DNA of 64,000 nt from the human T2T-CHM13v2.0 reference genome, Homo sapiens. Both the position numbers and the translations under genes were made by a program. Positions 1-15,444 of this stretch are shown piece after piece. Every line of letters begins with the position of its first letter. The first letter of the stretch is position 1. The notes under the pieces are model-generated. The model was not told the origin of the DNA and made no database searches. It saw only the letters and a list, made by a program, of their open reading frames with translations. The stretch lies in the NCBI RefSeq assembly GCF_009914755.1, contig NC_060943.1, one strand, 5' to 3'.

Positions 1-2245
1 CCCTTCTGAGTAGCTGGGATTACAGGCGCACGCCCCCACGCCTGACTAATTTTTTTTTTTTTGTATTTTTAGTAGAGACAGGGTTTCACCACATTGGTCA
101 GGCTGGTCTCAAACTCCTGACCTCATGATCCACCCGCCCCAGCCTCCCAAAGTGTTGGGATTACAGGCGTGAGCCACCGTGCCTGGCCTAACACGTGATC
201 TTAAGATTATGTTAGTGAAGTTGATCCATATCACTGTATCTACCTTTATTACTTCATTTGCTGTAGAGCATTCCAGTAGTATAATTATGCCACAATTTAC
301 CCATTCTGTTGATCTCATTTGAGTAATTCCCAATTGAGGATTACATCAAATAATGCTGGTGAAATGTCTTTAATGTTATCTTGATGCACACTGGAGCCAT
401 TACTCTTATGTTAGAGCACATGTACGTGTACAAATTTAGTAGATGTTGCCAATAGTTTTTGAAATTTTCTCTAATACTCTCTACAACCAGCAGAATACGC
501 ACATCCTCATCAGCTTTATCTTCAGAACAAACCATTTTTTTCTCTGTGTCCAGCTAGCTCACTGGGACCCCTAAGTGACAAATACAGATGGTAATGTATT
601 TCTTTTTTTTTTTTTTTTTTTGAGACAGAGTCTTGCTCTGTCGCCCAGGCTGTAGTGCAGTGGCACGATCTCAGCTCACTGCAACCTCCGCCTCCTGGGT
701 TCAAGCAATTCTCTGCCTCAGCCTCCCCAGTAGCTGGGATTACAGGCGCCCACAACCATGCCCAGCTAATCTTTGTATTTTTAGTAGACGGGGTTTCACC
801 ATTGTGGCCAGGCTGGTCTTGAACTCCTGACCTCATGATTCACCCTCCTCGGCCTCCCAAAGTGCTGGGATTACAGGCGTGAGCCACCGTGCCCGGCCCA
901 ATGTGGGTATTTTTAAGCCTCATGTTTCCTTCAGAGCTTTCTGGCAGCCCATGTCAGCAAGAGAGTCTTCTGATTTCATTTACCCATGGAGTGAGTAGAT
1001 GTGTCGGTGACATAGGAGTCTCACACGGGACTGGTAACTCTGTACATTTCTTCTGGGAAATGGAGTCCTACTTTGGGTAGGAAGAACCCAAAGTTGAACT
1101 GAATACCACGGAGAGCCTTGCCCCTCCATATATGAACACATATTTGCTAAGATTGGTAATTAAGTGAATTTTCATGTAGAACTTATTTTCAAGTGCTCAG
1201 CCAGCCACTGATTCTGATTCTTTCAATTAATTTCCTACTTAAGAAAATTAGTTTTTCATGAGTAGAATAAAGTGATGATTAGACATCATTTTTTCTGTAG
1301 TTATAATGTTGTAGATTAGATTCATCCCTCATTTTAATCCCCAAAGAAAATTCTATCAAACCTAAGAAAAACCCTTGATGTACTCACCTCTCTCCGTAGA
1401 TATGTAATCAGCCAATTTATATGATGCTTTCCTTAACTCCTACTCCCTTTCCTTTCAATATGGCTTATTTAGACACCATCTTTTTGGTCTCACCTTAAAT
1501 AGAACTCACTTTTCTTACATTCATCTATTCCCATATATACACATAGAAAACAATACTGTCCTCTACTTCCAAAACTCTCATCAATTTGTAATAATAAGTC
1601 AAGCGCAGTGGCTCACCCTTGTAATCCCAGCACTTTGGGAGGCTGAGGCAGGTGGATCACCTGAGGTCAGGAGTTCAAGACCAGCCAGGCCAACAGGATG
1701 AAACCCCCATCTCTAGCCAGGCGTGGTGGCGCATGCCTGTAATCTCAGCTACTTGGGAGGCTGAGACATGAGACTTGCTTGAATCTGAGAGGCGGAGGTT
1801 GCAGTGAGCAGAGATGGCACAACTGCACTCCAGCCTGGGCAACAGAGGGAGACTCTGTCTCAATTTAAAAAAAAAAATTGTAATGAAACATTTATTTGCT
1901 TGGTTAGACGTCTGCCCCTCCACTAGTTTACAAGTTCCCTAAGAGCAGCCCTTGGTTGGATTTTTTTTTTTTCATTATGCCTTAATGAACCATTAGCATT
2001 AATCACTTTATAAGAAATACAAAAAATAAAAGAAATATTTAAACACACCATAAGTCTACAATCAGAAATATTAAAATGGGTGTCTTTCTGAAATAATATG
2101 TGACTCTTCAAAAAGTTGATTTGACAGAGAAACAATAGTAACTGGTCTAGGTTCAAAGATACTAAAGGCCATAAACTTTAAATAGATCTTAGGTCCCAAG
2201 GGCCTATTTTGGAACCATGTAGAGAATTTTGTTTTTACAAAGTAG

Positions 2246-2554
<309 letters not shown>

Positions 2555-3639
2555 TGACTTTTTTTAAATTTTTCTTGGTTGAAATACAAATACTGTGGTT
2601 TTAGTAGACCAGTATCCTTTATCTTTAGAAAATGCATTACCAACTACCTGAAAGTCAAGTATCAATTTCCTGCAATTTTCAACTTACCCTCAAATACTTC
2701 ACCATAAAAGGTATTTTAGTTTTCTAGGGAGAGGGCGAATGGTAAATTTGATTCCTAATACTAGTGCAACAAAATCTATATCCTTTCCTCCTGGGTGCCC
2801 ATTTTTGTCTTTTTGTTTAAGAGGCAAGGTCTTGCTCTGTAGCCCAGGCTGGAGAACAATGGCGTGATCATAGCTCACTGTAGTCTGGAACTCTCTGTCT
2901 CAAGTGATTCTCCCGCCTCAGCCTTCCGAGTAGCTGGCACACACCACCATCTCTGGCTGATTTTTAATTTTTTTTTTTTTTTTTTTGTAAAGACGGGGTC
3001 TCGCTATGTTGCCCAGATTGGTCTTGTACCCCGGGTACGAGACCCCGTACCCCGGGTGGGCCCCTGGTTTGTTCGTTTGCTTGGGTTTTTTGTTGTTGTT
3101 GTTTTTGAGACAGAGTCTCGGTCTGTCACCCCAGCTGGAGTGCAGTGGCACGATCTCAGCTCACTAACTTCCTCCTCCTGGATTCAAGTGATTCTCCTGC
3201 CTAAGCCTCCCAAGTAATTGGGATTACAGACGTGCGCCACCACGCCTAGCTAATTTTTTTGTACTTTTAGTAGAGACGAGGTTTTGCCATGTTGGCCAGG
3301 CTGGTCTCAAACTCCTGACCTCAGGTGATTTGCCTGCCTCGGTCTCCCTAAGTGCTGGGATTACAGGCGTGAGCCACCGCACCTGGCCAGCGCCTGTTTT
3401 TAAAATCTGTGGGGAGGTCCAGGCCTACGAAGTTCAGATCAAAATAGCTTAGCATTCTTATTTTTCTTCAGTAGAAAGACCTGTTTGTGGTCTACATAAT
3501 TTTATATTTCCGTAGAGAAATATGCACTCCCTAGATACTTATTAAAGTGTCTTTATAACAGAATGTATGGCGTCAAAAATACGTTTATGACGCATAAACA
3601 AAGGAACATTCTCAGTTGAAACATTCGTTCGTATAACAA

Positions 3640-4200
3640 GATGCCCCCTTGAACCATCCCTCACCCAGTGCTCACCGGAATGCGCGGGAATCGCAGGGTC
3701 TGTAAGGCAGGACGACGCTGGGGGACAAGTTAACGTGGCTCAAGTGGAGGAAATTCTTTTCCTCATAGAAAAAACTCACAATGGTCTTTTTGGAGGCTTT
3801 TGAAGGGAGCTCCATGGGTGAGGGCGGCAATTATCGACCCCGACTTTCGCGAGGACTGACAGCCCGAGCGGCCTCGCAGACCTACCTGACGCGAGCACAG
3901 CAGGCCAAGTATCTCTAAGAAGGCCCCTCGGCAGCTTCGGATAAACTTCAACTCTCACCACCCGTTCCACTACCAGTACACTTGCTCCCTCCGAAATCAA
4001 GGACAACCATGGGTAAACCTCGCTCAGGCTCGCGGAGCCAGTACCGGAAAAGAGGGTGGCGCCTCGCTTGCGTCACTTCCGCTTACAGCCTCCAGCCAGG
4101 AGTGGCTCTGCTGCTCGTGCTTCAGCCTTGCTGGAAGACATTACGTCGAGAAATTCTAGTTTCCTCCCGCGTGGGTGCAGCTGAGACTTGCTGTGGACTC
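3640..4200 (-). promoter_or_regulatory. CpG-rich promoter / first-exon block paralogous to the ZNF846 promoter; its gene body would lie left of the window or is decayed
   Basis: Shares GATGCCC...CTCACCGGAA...GACGCTGGGG, CAGACCTA and CACTTCCGCTT with 36380-36910, in the same order. Confidence 0.65.
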
Positions 4201-4224
4201 ACAGAGGAAGCTGGAGTCCCCAGG

Positions 4225-4510
4225 TTCAGAGAACAAGGTTGAAGTTAGTCAGGCCTGTGGAGGGAGCTATGGGCCAGGGGCACGGGCCCACGCTAGAGGA
4301 CCAGGAGGAAGGTGAGGCCAGGCCCAGAGGATGAGCTTGAGGTTAGAATCAGGCCTGTGGGCCGGACTACGCTGGGGGAGGAGCCATGATTGGGGGCGGA
4401 GCAGAAGGTGGGTCCAAGCCCAGAACACCAGGTTGAGATCAGATCCAGTCCTGTGGATGGTAGAAGGGCAGGGAGGAAGGTGGGGCCTGGCCCCAAGTAA
4501 TCGGCCTGTG
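4225..4510. repeat. Degenerate tandem repeat, about three ~97-bp units
   Basis: CAG(G/T)CCTGTGG recurs at ~4250, 4350 and 4446; GAAGGTG recurs at ~4308, 4405 and 4477. Confidence 0.55.
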
Positions 4511-5008
4511 TGGGCCTCCCAAAGTGGTGGGATTACAGGCATGAGCCACCGCGCCCTGGCCCCGGACTCTCAATTCTATACCATTAATCTGTAGCTCTGT
4601 CCCTAAGCCAGTGCCACATTGTTTTGATTACTGCAACTTTGTAGTAAGTTTTGAAATCCAGAAATGGGAGTCCTTCAACTGTGTTCCTCTTTTTCACAAT
4701 TGTTTTGGCTATTTGGTGTTTTTTCCATTTCTGTTTGAAGTTTAGGATTCACTTGTCAATTTCTGCCCAGAAGCCAATGTCAAAAAAATAAATAAAAATA
4801 AATAAATAAATAAAAAAGCACTGGAAAAAGCAAGATCTTCATTAATTTTAGTCACCTGTACCAGATTTCTCTTTCTTTCTTTCTTTTTTTTTTTTTTTTT
4901 GAGATGGAGTCTCGCTCTGTCACCCAGGCTGGAGTGCAGTGGCACAAACTTGGATCACTGCCACCCCCGCCACCCAGGTTCAAGCAATTCTCCTGCCTCA
5001 GACTCTAG

Positions 5009-5395
<387 letters not shown>

Positions 5396-5634
5396 TAACA
5401 GTATCATGGGTTAAGCAGAGCTCAGGAGGAAAACCAAAAAATATTGTATCCATTTTGTACCTTAGGAAAGGCCATCCATGAGCATCACTGGGTGGAGATT
5501 TTTGGGTAAGAGGTGTATAGTTTCTAGCACAAGGGTCAAACTCAACTCCGATGGAAAATTCTTCGTTGGGGCAGTGTCTTCTGAGGCAATGTCATCTCAG
5601 CCAGTGAAATTTGGGGGCCAGAGTGATATCATGA

Positions 5635-6003
<369 letters not shown>

Positions 6004-6651
6004 TAATAGGGACCTCCTGAGTGTAAACCAGTGAAAGTACAGAAACTAGTAGTAATAACACCAACAGTAAACAGAATGGTGTGCAACTGTGCCTGACAGT
6101 TTTTGTTTTTGGGTTTTTTTTGTTTTTGTTTTTGGTGGAAATTTAGCTGCTTTTTGTTTGGAGGGTTTTTTCGAGACAGGGTCTCACTGTATTACCCAGG
6201 TTGGAGTGCAGTCGTGCAATCATAGCTCACTGCACCCTTGAATCCCTGGGTTCAAGGGATCCTCCCTAAGCTACTGAGTAGCTGGGGCTAGAGGCGAATG
6301 CCACCATGTCCAACTCATTTTTCAATTTTTTTGTAGAGATGGGTCTCATTATGTTGCTTGGGCTGGTTTTGAACTCCTGGCTTCAAGCAATCCTCCTGCC
6401 TCAGCCTCCCAAAGTGCTGGGATTACAGGTGTGAGCCACCGCACCCGGCCAAAATTAAGTTTAAATGGGTCCTGTGGCCAGGCGCGGTGGCTCACACCTG
6501 TAATCCCAGCACTTTGGGAGGCGAAGGTGGGCAGATCATGAGGTCAGGAGTTCGATACCAGCCTCACCAACATGGTGAAACCTCGTCTTTACTTAAAAAA
6601 TACAAAAGTGAGCCAGGCGTGTTGGCACGCGGCTGTAATCCCAGCTACTCA

Positions 6652-6801
<150 letters not shown>

Positions 6802-6979
6802 TTATCAGATGATCAGCTGGCTGGCCTGTGGGACAATCTCTGCTTAATGAGTCCAAAGAAAGCATATACACTCAATCTGGATTCTAATCCCTGAGAGATG
6901 GGGGCAAAATTAAAAATTTGTTAAGATTGGTTAAGATTTGGGGCAAAATATAAACTTATGTAGGGGTTTATTTGTTGGA

Positions 6980-8260
<1,281 letters not shown>

Positions 8261-9892
8261 GTTTTGTTTATTTTCTAGAGACAGGGTCTCACTCTGTTTC
8301 CCAGGCTAGAGTGAAGTGGCCCAGTGACAGCTACCTGCAGCCTCAACCTCCTGGACTCAAGTGAACCTCCCACCTCAGCCTCCCAAGTAGCTGGGACTAC
8401 AGGCACACATTACCATGCTCAGCTAATTTATTCTTTTTGTAGAGATGGGGTCTCACTATGATGCTCATCTTCCCACCTTGGCCTCCCAAATCTCTGGGAT
8501 TATAGGCATAAGCCACCACAGTTCACCCTTGTTTTTAAATCAGTAACTAATCTAGGGATAGAATTCTGTTTACTAGCCTTGATGTTTCTTTAGTACTTAC
8601 AGTTTCAAGTTACTCATTTCCACCACCTTGGATTTACAGCTGCCTAGAGCAGCCAGAAGTCTTTTTTTCTCCCCTCAAACCTCCCCATTTTAGGCTTTGA
8701 GTTGCCTAAAGCCACAGTTCTTTGTGTTTGTTTTGGTTGGTTTGAGACAGATCCTTGTTCTGTCACCCAGGCTGGAATGCAGTGGCACAATCTCAGCTCA
8801 CTGCAACCTCCATCTCCCAGAAAGCCACAGTTCTTAAATTCCATCTCTGGTTGATAAGAGGAAATGAGGGAGCAGTAAAGGTCCGATGCCTATAGGCAGT
8901 AGCCTCAAGACAATTGGTCCTTTTCTTCCCCCCAATTTTTTATTTTACATAAAATCTTTACAATGGCTTGTATTTCTAAGTGGCTAAAAAAAATTTTTTT
9001 TTTTTGGCCAGGCACAGTGGCTCATGCCTGTAATCCCAGCACTTTGGGAGGCCAAGGCTGGTGGAGCACTTGAGGTCAGGAACTTGAGACCAGCCTAATC
9101 AACATGGTGAAACCCCCTCTCTACTAAATATATAAAAATTATCCAGGCATGGTGGCACATGCCTGTAATCCCACTTACTCGGAAGGCTGAGGCACTAGAA
9201 TAGCTTGAATTGGGAGGTGGAGGTTGCAGTGAGCCAAGATTGCACCATAGCACTCCAGCCTGTGCAACAAGAGTGAAACTCCATCTCAAAAAATAACTTT
9301 TTTCCTCTTATTTTGGATGTTTACTTGACATACTGGTTGCTTGGTCCCCACTGGCTCCTGTTGTAAGCAGTGGACTCCATTTGGTTCCCTTTGGCCCCAT
9401 GGACAGGCAGTCACCTCCCTCCCTCTCTCTGGTGTCCCCATTGACCTCATTAGGGTCAGGTGACAAAGAACTACATAAGCCAGTGAAGGCACCAACATAG
9501 AGATCCCAGACCCTGGCAGTACGTTTGCCTGGAATGGGATATGACTTCCTGGGGAGGGGGCACCCCTCCTACTGAAGGAACCCTGTGGGGTTTTGGCACA
9601 TCACCACCAAGAGCGAGGGTCTAACAGAGGCCAGTCTTCAAACTCCCATGAGGGGTTTTGCCAAATACTGGGTATATATATGCATGAAGCTGGGGTTGCC
9701 CCTTTCCTGTTCCAGAACTTATGACATGAATTGCAATCTTGAACAGCTTAGCCAATTTGGTTCTGACTCATTCATTGGACTAACAGTGAGTATAGTTCTC
9801 CCTCTTGCTGTACTAGGGCTGGGTTTTTAGTCTAGGCCAAGTGATACCAGAACAGGAAAAACTGGTATTCTTATTGCCCCTTTAGTGTTACT

Positions 9893-10321
9893 TGTAATGT
9901 CCTCTGAGCTGGCCACACCATGGTCAAGCCAGCATGACATTCACCCGCCCTTGTGATAATGTACTTTGTGATATTCCCCAACCTTGTGAATGTACTTTGT
10001 AAAATTCCTCCCCACCCGTGTGACAATACACCCTCCCAGCCCTTGTGAATGTACTTTGTGACATCCTTCCCACCCTTGTGAATGTACTTTGTAACATCCT
10101 CCCCGCCCTTAAGAATGTACTTTGTAACAACCATCCCTTGCCTGCAAAACAATTGCTCCTAACTCCACAGCCTATCCCAAACCTATAAGAAGCAATGATA
10201 ATCCCACCACCCTTCGCTGACTCCTTTCTCAGACTCAGCCCACTTGCAGCCAAGTGAATAAACAGCCTTGTTACTCACACTAAGCCTGCTTAGGCAGTCT
10301 CTTATATGGTCGCACATAACA
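9893..10321 (+). repeat. 5' LTR (429 bp)
   Basis: TGTAATGTCCTCTGAGC...TAACA; U3 tandem TTGTGAATGTACTTTGT units, TATAA, AATAAA. Confidence 0.92.
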
Positions 10322-10323
10322 TT

Positions 10324-10342
10324 TGGTCCCAAAAACCCAGGA
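10324..10342 (+). other. Primer-binding site, degenerate tRNA-Phe type
   Basis: TGGTCCCAAAAACCCAGGA resembles the Phe PBS TGGTGCCGAAACCCGGGA better than the His PBS TGGTGCCGTGACTCGGAT. Confidence 0.65.
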
Positions 10343-10855
10343 CAAGGGAACTCCTTCAGGAGATGTGTCCCCTGTCCTCAAGCTCCCTGCATGAGGAGAT
10401 CCACCTATGACCTCGGGGCATCAGACCAACCAGCCCAAGGACCATCTCACCAATTTCAAATAAATAAGTGGTTTTTGGCACTTGGGTCAGCAGTTTTTTC
10501 ACTCGCTACTTAACCTCTCTCACCTCCCTTCAATCTCTCTTTCAATTTCAGTTTCTCTCCTTTCCTGGTAGAGACAAAAAGGAGACACACTTTATCCGTG
10601 CATTCAAAAACTCTGACATTGGTCACAGACTTGGGAAGATAGTCTTCCCTTGGTGTCTGATCACCGTGGGGACGCCTGCCTTGATCATTCACCAACATTC
10701 CCTTGGTGGCAGGTCAATTGCAGGGATGGCTGCTTTGGCAGCTCACCCACATTACAGCCTAGGACTCAGTCAGGGATGCCTACTGGAAGACTGGTAGCTG
10801 CCCACCTCCATTTCTCCGTGTCTCTACCTTCCTCTTTAAACTTACCTTCTCCACT

Positions 10856-12445
10856 ATGCGCAACCTTCCATCATCCATTCTTACCTCTTCCCCCTTAGCC
10901 TGTGTTCTTAAAAACCTAAAACCCCTTTGACTAACACCTGACATAAAAGCTAAATGTCTTATTTTCTTCTGTAATATTGCTTGGCCCCAATACAAGCTCG
11001 ACAATAGTTCCAAGTGGCCAGAGAATGGCACTTTCAATTTGTCTATCCTACAAGACCTCAGTAATTTTTGTCGAAAATTGGGCAAATGATCTGAGGTGGC
11101 TTACGTCCAAGCATTTTTTACATTTTGCTCCCTCCCTAGTTTCTACCACCAATGCAACTCATCCCAGATTTTCCTTCTTTTCTCTCCTGTCTGCTTCTTC
11201 GGTCTTCACCCCAAGCTCAGAGTCCTCTGAATCCTCCTTTTCCAGTGACCCCTCTGACCTCTCTCCTCCCCCAGCTGCTCCTCGCCAGGGTGAATCAGGT
11301 CCCAATTCTTCCACAGCCTCTGCTCTCCCACCCTATAACCCTTCTATTACCTCCCCTCCTCACACCCAGTCTGGCTTATAGTTTCATTCTGTGACTAGCT
11401 CTCCCCCACCTGCCCAACAATTTTCTCTTAGAGAGGTGGCCGGAGCTGAAGGCATAGAGTCAGTACATGTGCCTTTTTTTCTATTAGACCTTTCCCAAAT
11501 CAGTCAGCATTTAGGCTCTTTCTCATAGGACCCCACTAAATATATACAGGAATTCCAATATCTAACTCAGTCCTACAACTTAACCTGGAGTGACTTAAAT
11601 GTCATCCTGACCTTTACCCCCTCCCCAGACAAACAAGAAAGAGTTTATTTTCTAGCCCAGTCCTACACAGACACCCACTGGCTTCATGAGCCAGGCCTCC
11701 AAGAGGGCACCAGGGCTGTTGCCCGAGAGTATCCCCATTGGCAATACCAGACAGACTCCCCAGGTATAGCTAGGCGAGATTACATGGTCTCCTGCCTAGT
11801 CGAGGGGCTGAAAAAGGCAGCATACAGCGCTGTTAATTATGACAACCTAAAGGTAACTACCCAAGGTAAAGTTGAAAACCCAGCCCAGTTCATTGCCCGC
11901 TTAGCAGCTACCCTTAGACACTTTACAGCACTAGACCAAGAGGGGCCAGAAGGCCACCTTATCCTTAATATGCATTTTATCACCCAACCTGCTCCTGACA
12001 TTAGAAAAAATCTCCAAATTTGGATTCTGGCCCTCAAACCCCACAACAGGATTTAATCAATCTCACCTTCAAGGTGTTCAATAACAGAGAAGAACTGGCC
12101 AAACAGCAACGTATCTCTGAGTTACAGCTACTTGCCTCCACTGTAAGACAACCCACAACATCTCCAGCATACAAAACCTTCAGAACAACCAAGACACAGC
12201 TCCCAGGGGCTCCTTCAAAACCTCCTGGTGGACCTTGCTTCAAATGCCAAAAGCCTGGTCACTGGGCCTCGGAAAGCCCGCAGCCCGGGTTTCCTCCTAA
12301 GCCATGCCCTCTCTCTGTGGGCCCCCACTGGAAGTTGGACTGTCCGACTCACATCGCCACCATTCCTAAAGCTCCTGGAGCTCGAACCCAACTTTCCTTG
12401 GCAGACTCCTTCCCAGATCTCCTCGACTTAGTGGCTGAAGACTGA
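10856..12445 (+). pseudogene. ERV gag, disrupted
   Basis: MRNLPSSILTSSPLACVLKNL...CNIAWPQYKLDNSSKWPENGTF (matrix), TQGKVENPAQF (MHR), CFKCQKPGHW zinc knuckle, ends AED*; internal stops and frameshifts. Confidence 0.9.
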
Positions 12446-15406
12446 TGCTGCCCAATCACCTTGGAAGCCCCCAAAACCATCATGGATGCTGAGCTTTGGG
12501 TAACTCTTACAGTGGAGGGTAAGTCCATCCCGTTTAATTGATATGGGGGCTACCCACACAACACTACTTTCTTTTCAAGGGCCTGTTTCCCTTGCCCCCG
12601 TAACTGTTGTGGTTATTGATGGCCAGGCTTCCAGACCCCTTAAAACTCCCCAACTCTTGTGCCAACTTGGACAACATTCTTTTATGCACTCTTTTTTAGT
12701 TATCCCCACCTGCCCAGTTCCCTTATTAGGCTGAGACATTTTAATCAAATTATCTGCTTCCCTGACTATTTCTGGACCTCAGTCACACCTCATTGCTGCC
12801 CTTTTGCCCCATTCAAGACCTCTTTTGAATCCTCCTTTCGTGTCTTCCTACCTTAATCCTCAAGTGTGGGATACTTCTACTCCCTCCTTGGCGACTGATC
12901 AGGCACCATTTACCATCCCATTAAAACCTAATCACCCTTACCTCACTCAACACCAGTACCCCATCCCACAATAGGCTTTAAGAGGACTAAAGCCTGTTAT
13001 CACTCACCTGTTACAGCATGGCCTTTTAAAGCCTACAAATTCTCCTTACAACTCCCCTATCATACGTGTCCAGAAACTGGACAAATCTTACAGGTTGGTT
13101 CAGGATCTTTGTTTTATTAACCAAATTCATCCTGTAGTGCCAAACACATGTACTCTCCTATACTCAATACCTCCCTCCACAACTTATTATTCCATCCTTG
13201 ACCTCAAAGATGCCTCTTCACTATTCCTTTGCACCCCTCATCCCAATCTCCTTTCACTTTCACATGGACTGACCGTGACACCCACCAATCTCAGCAACTC
13301 ACCTGGACTGTACTGCTGCAAGGCTTCAGAGATAACCCCCATTACTTTAGTTAAGCTCTTTCTCATGATCTACTTTCTTTCTGTCCATCTGTTTTTCACC
13401 TTATTCAATATATGGATGACCTTCTCCTCTGCAACTCCTCTTACGAATCTTCCCAACAGGATACCCTCCTGCTCCTTCAACATCTATTCTCAAAGGAGTA
13501 TCACGTATCCCCATCTGAAGCCCAATTTCTTTCCCATCTGTTACCTATCTTGGCATAGTCCTTCATCAAAACACACGTGGTCTCCCTGATAACCATGTCT
13601 GGCTAATCTCCGAAACCCCAACCCCTTCTGCAAAGCAACAACTCCTGTCCTTCCTAGGCATGGTTGGATACCTTTGCCTTTGGATACCAGGTTTTGCCAT
13701 CCTAACTAAACCCCTATATAAACTCACAAAGGGAAACCTGACTGACCCCACAAACCCTAAGTTCTTTCCCCACTCTTCTTTTCATTCCTTAAAGACAGTC
13801 CTAGAAACAGGTCCCACATTAGCACTCCCTAATTTGTCCCAATCCTTCTTATATACGGCTGAAATACAAGGCTGTGTGGTTGGAGTTCTTACACAGGAAC
13901 CAGGCCCACGACCTGTAGCCTTCCTATCCAAACAACTTAACTTCAAAGTTCTAGGCTGGCCCTCATGTCTATGTGTGGTGGCAGCTGCTGTTTCAATACT
14001 TCTAGAGGCCCTCAAGATCATAAACCATGCCCCACTTACTCTCTACAGCTCTCATAACTTTCAAAATCTATTTTCCTCCTCACACTTGGCGCATATACTT
14101 TCTGCCTCCAGACTCCTCCAACTCTACTTACTATTCATTGAAACTCTCACAGTTACCATTGTTCCTGGCACAGACTTCAACCCAGCTGTTCACCTTATAC
14201 CTAGCACCAAACCTGAACCTCATGACTGTATCTCTCAATCCATATGGCATCCTCCACATTTCCCCATATTTCCCTCTTTCCTGTTCCTAATCCAGACCAC
14301 ACGTGGTTTATTGATGGTAGTTCTTCAAGGCCAAATCGTCAGTCACCGGCAAGGGCAGGATATGTTGTGGTGTCTTCCACATCGGTCACTGAAGCTACTG
14401 CCCTGCACCCTTCCATTACCTCTCAACAAGCCGAACTCATTGCTTTAACCCAAGATCTCACCCTTGTAAAGGGACTATGTGTCAATATCTACACTGATTC
14501 CAAGTATGCCTTCCACATCGTACATTACCATGCAGTTATATGGGCAGAAAGAGGTTTTCTCACTACACAAGGGTCCTCCATCATCAATGCTTCCTTAATA
14601 AAAATCCTCCTTAAGGCTGCTCTACTGCCCAAGGAAGCCAGTCATTCACTGCAAGGGGCCTCAGAGGTTACCAGATCCCATTGCTCGAGGCAACGCTTAT
14701 GCTGATAATGCAGCAAAAGCAGCAGCTAGTATTCCCACATCTGTCCCTCATGGCCATTTTTTTTCCTTCTCATCTATCACTTCCACCTATTCTCCCACTG
14801 AAACTATTACCTATCAATCCCTTCCTACTCAAGGCAAATGGTTCTTGGATCAAGGAAAATTCCTCCTTCCTGCTTGACAGGCTCATTCTATCTTATCACC
14901 CTTTCATAACCTCTTCCATGTGGGTTACAAGCCAATGGCCCATCTCTTAGAACCTCTCATTTCTTTTCCATCATGGAAATCCATCCTCAAGGAAATTACT
15001 TCTCGGTGTTCCATCTGCTACTCTACCACCCCTCAGGGATATCTCAGGCCCCCTCCCTTTCCTACACAAAAAGCTCGAGGATTTGCCCCCGACCCAAGAC
15101 TATCAGATTGACTTTACCCATAGGCCCCAAGTCAAAAAACTAAGATACCTTTTGGTCTGGGTAGATACATTCACTGGATGGATAGAGGCCTTTCCCACAA
15201 GGTCTGAGAAGGCCACCACAGTCATTTCTTCCCTCCTGTCAGATATAATTCCTTGGTTTGGCCTTGCCACCTCTATACAGTCCAATAACGGACCAGCCTT
15301 CGTTAGTCAGATCACTCAAGCAGTCTCCCAGGCCCTTGGCATCCAGTGGAAGCTTCATGCCCCTACTGTCCTCAATATTTGGGAAAGGTAGAAAGAACTA
15401 ACAGTC

Positions 15407-15444
<38 letters not shown>

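Noticed and set aside
970-1100. Possible minus-strand exon (ATTCAG| ... GG|GTAAAT)
   Set aside because: Splice-like motifs only; no recognisable coding homology.
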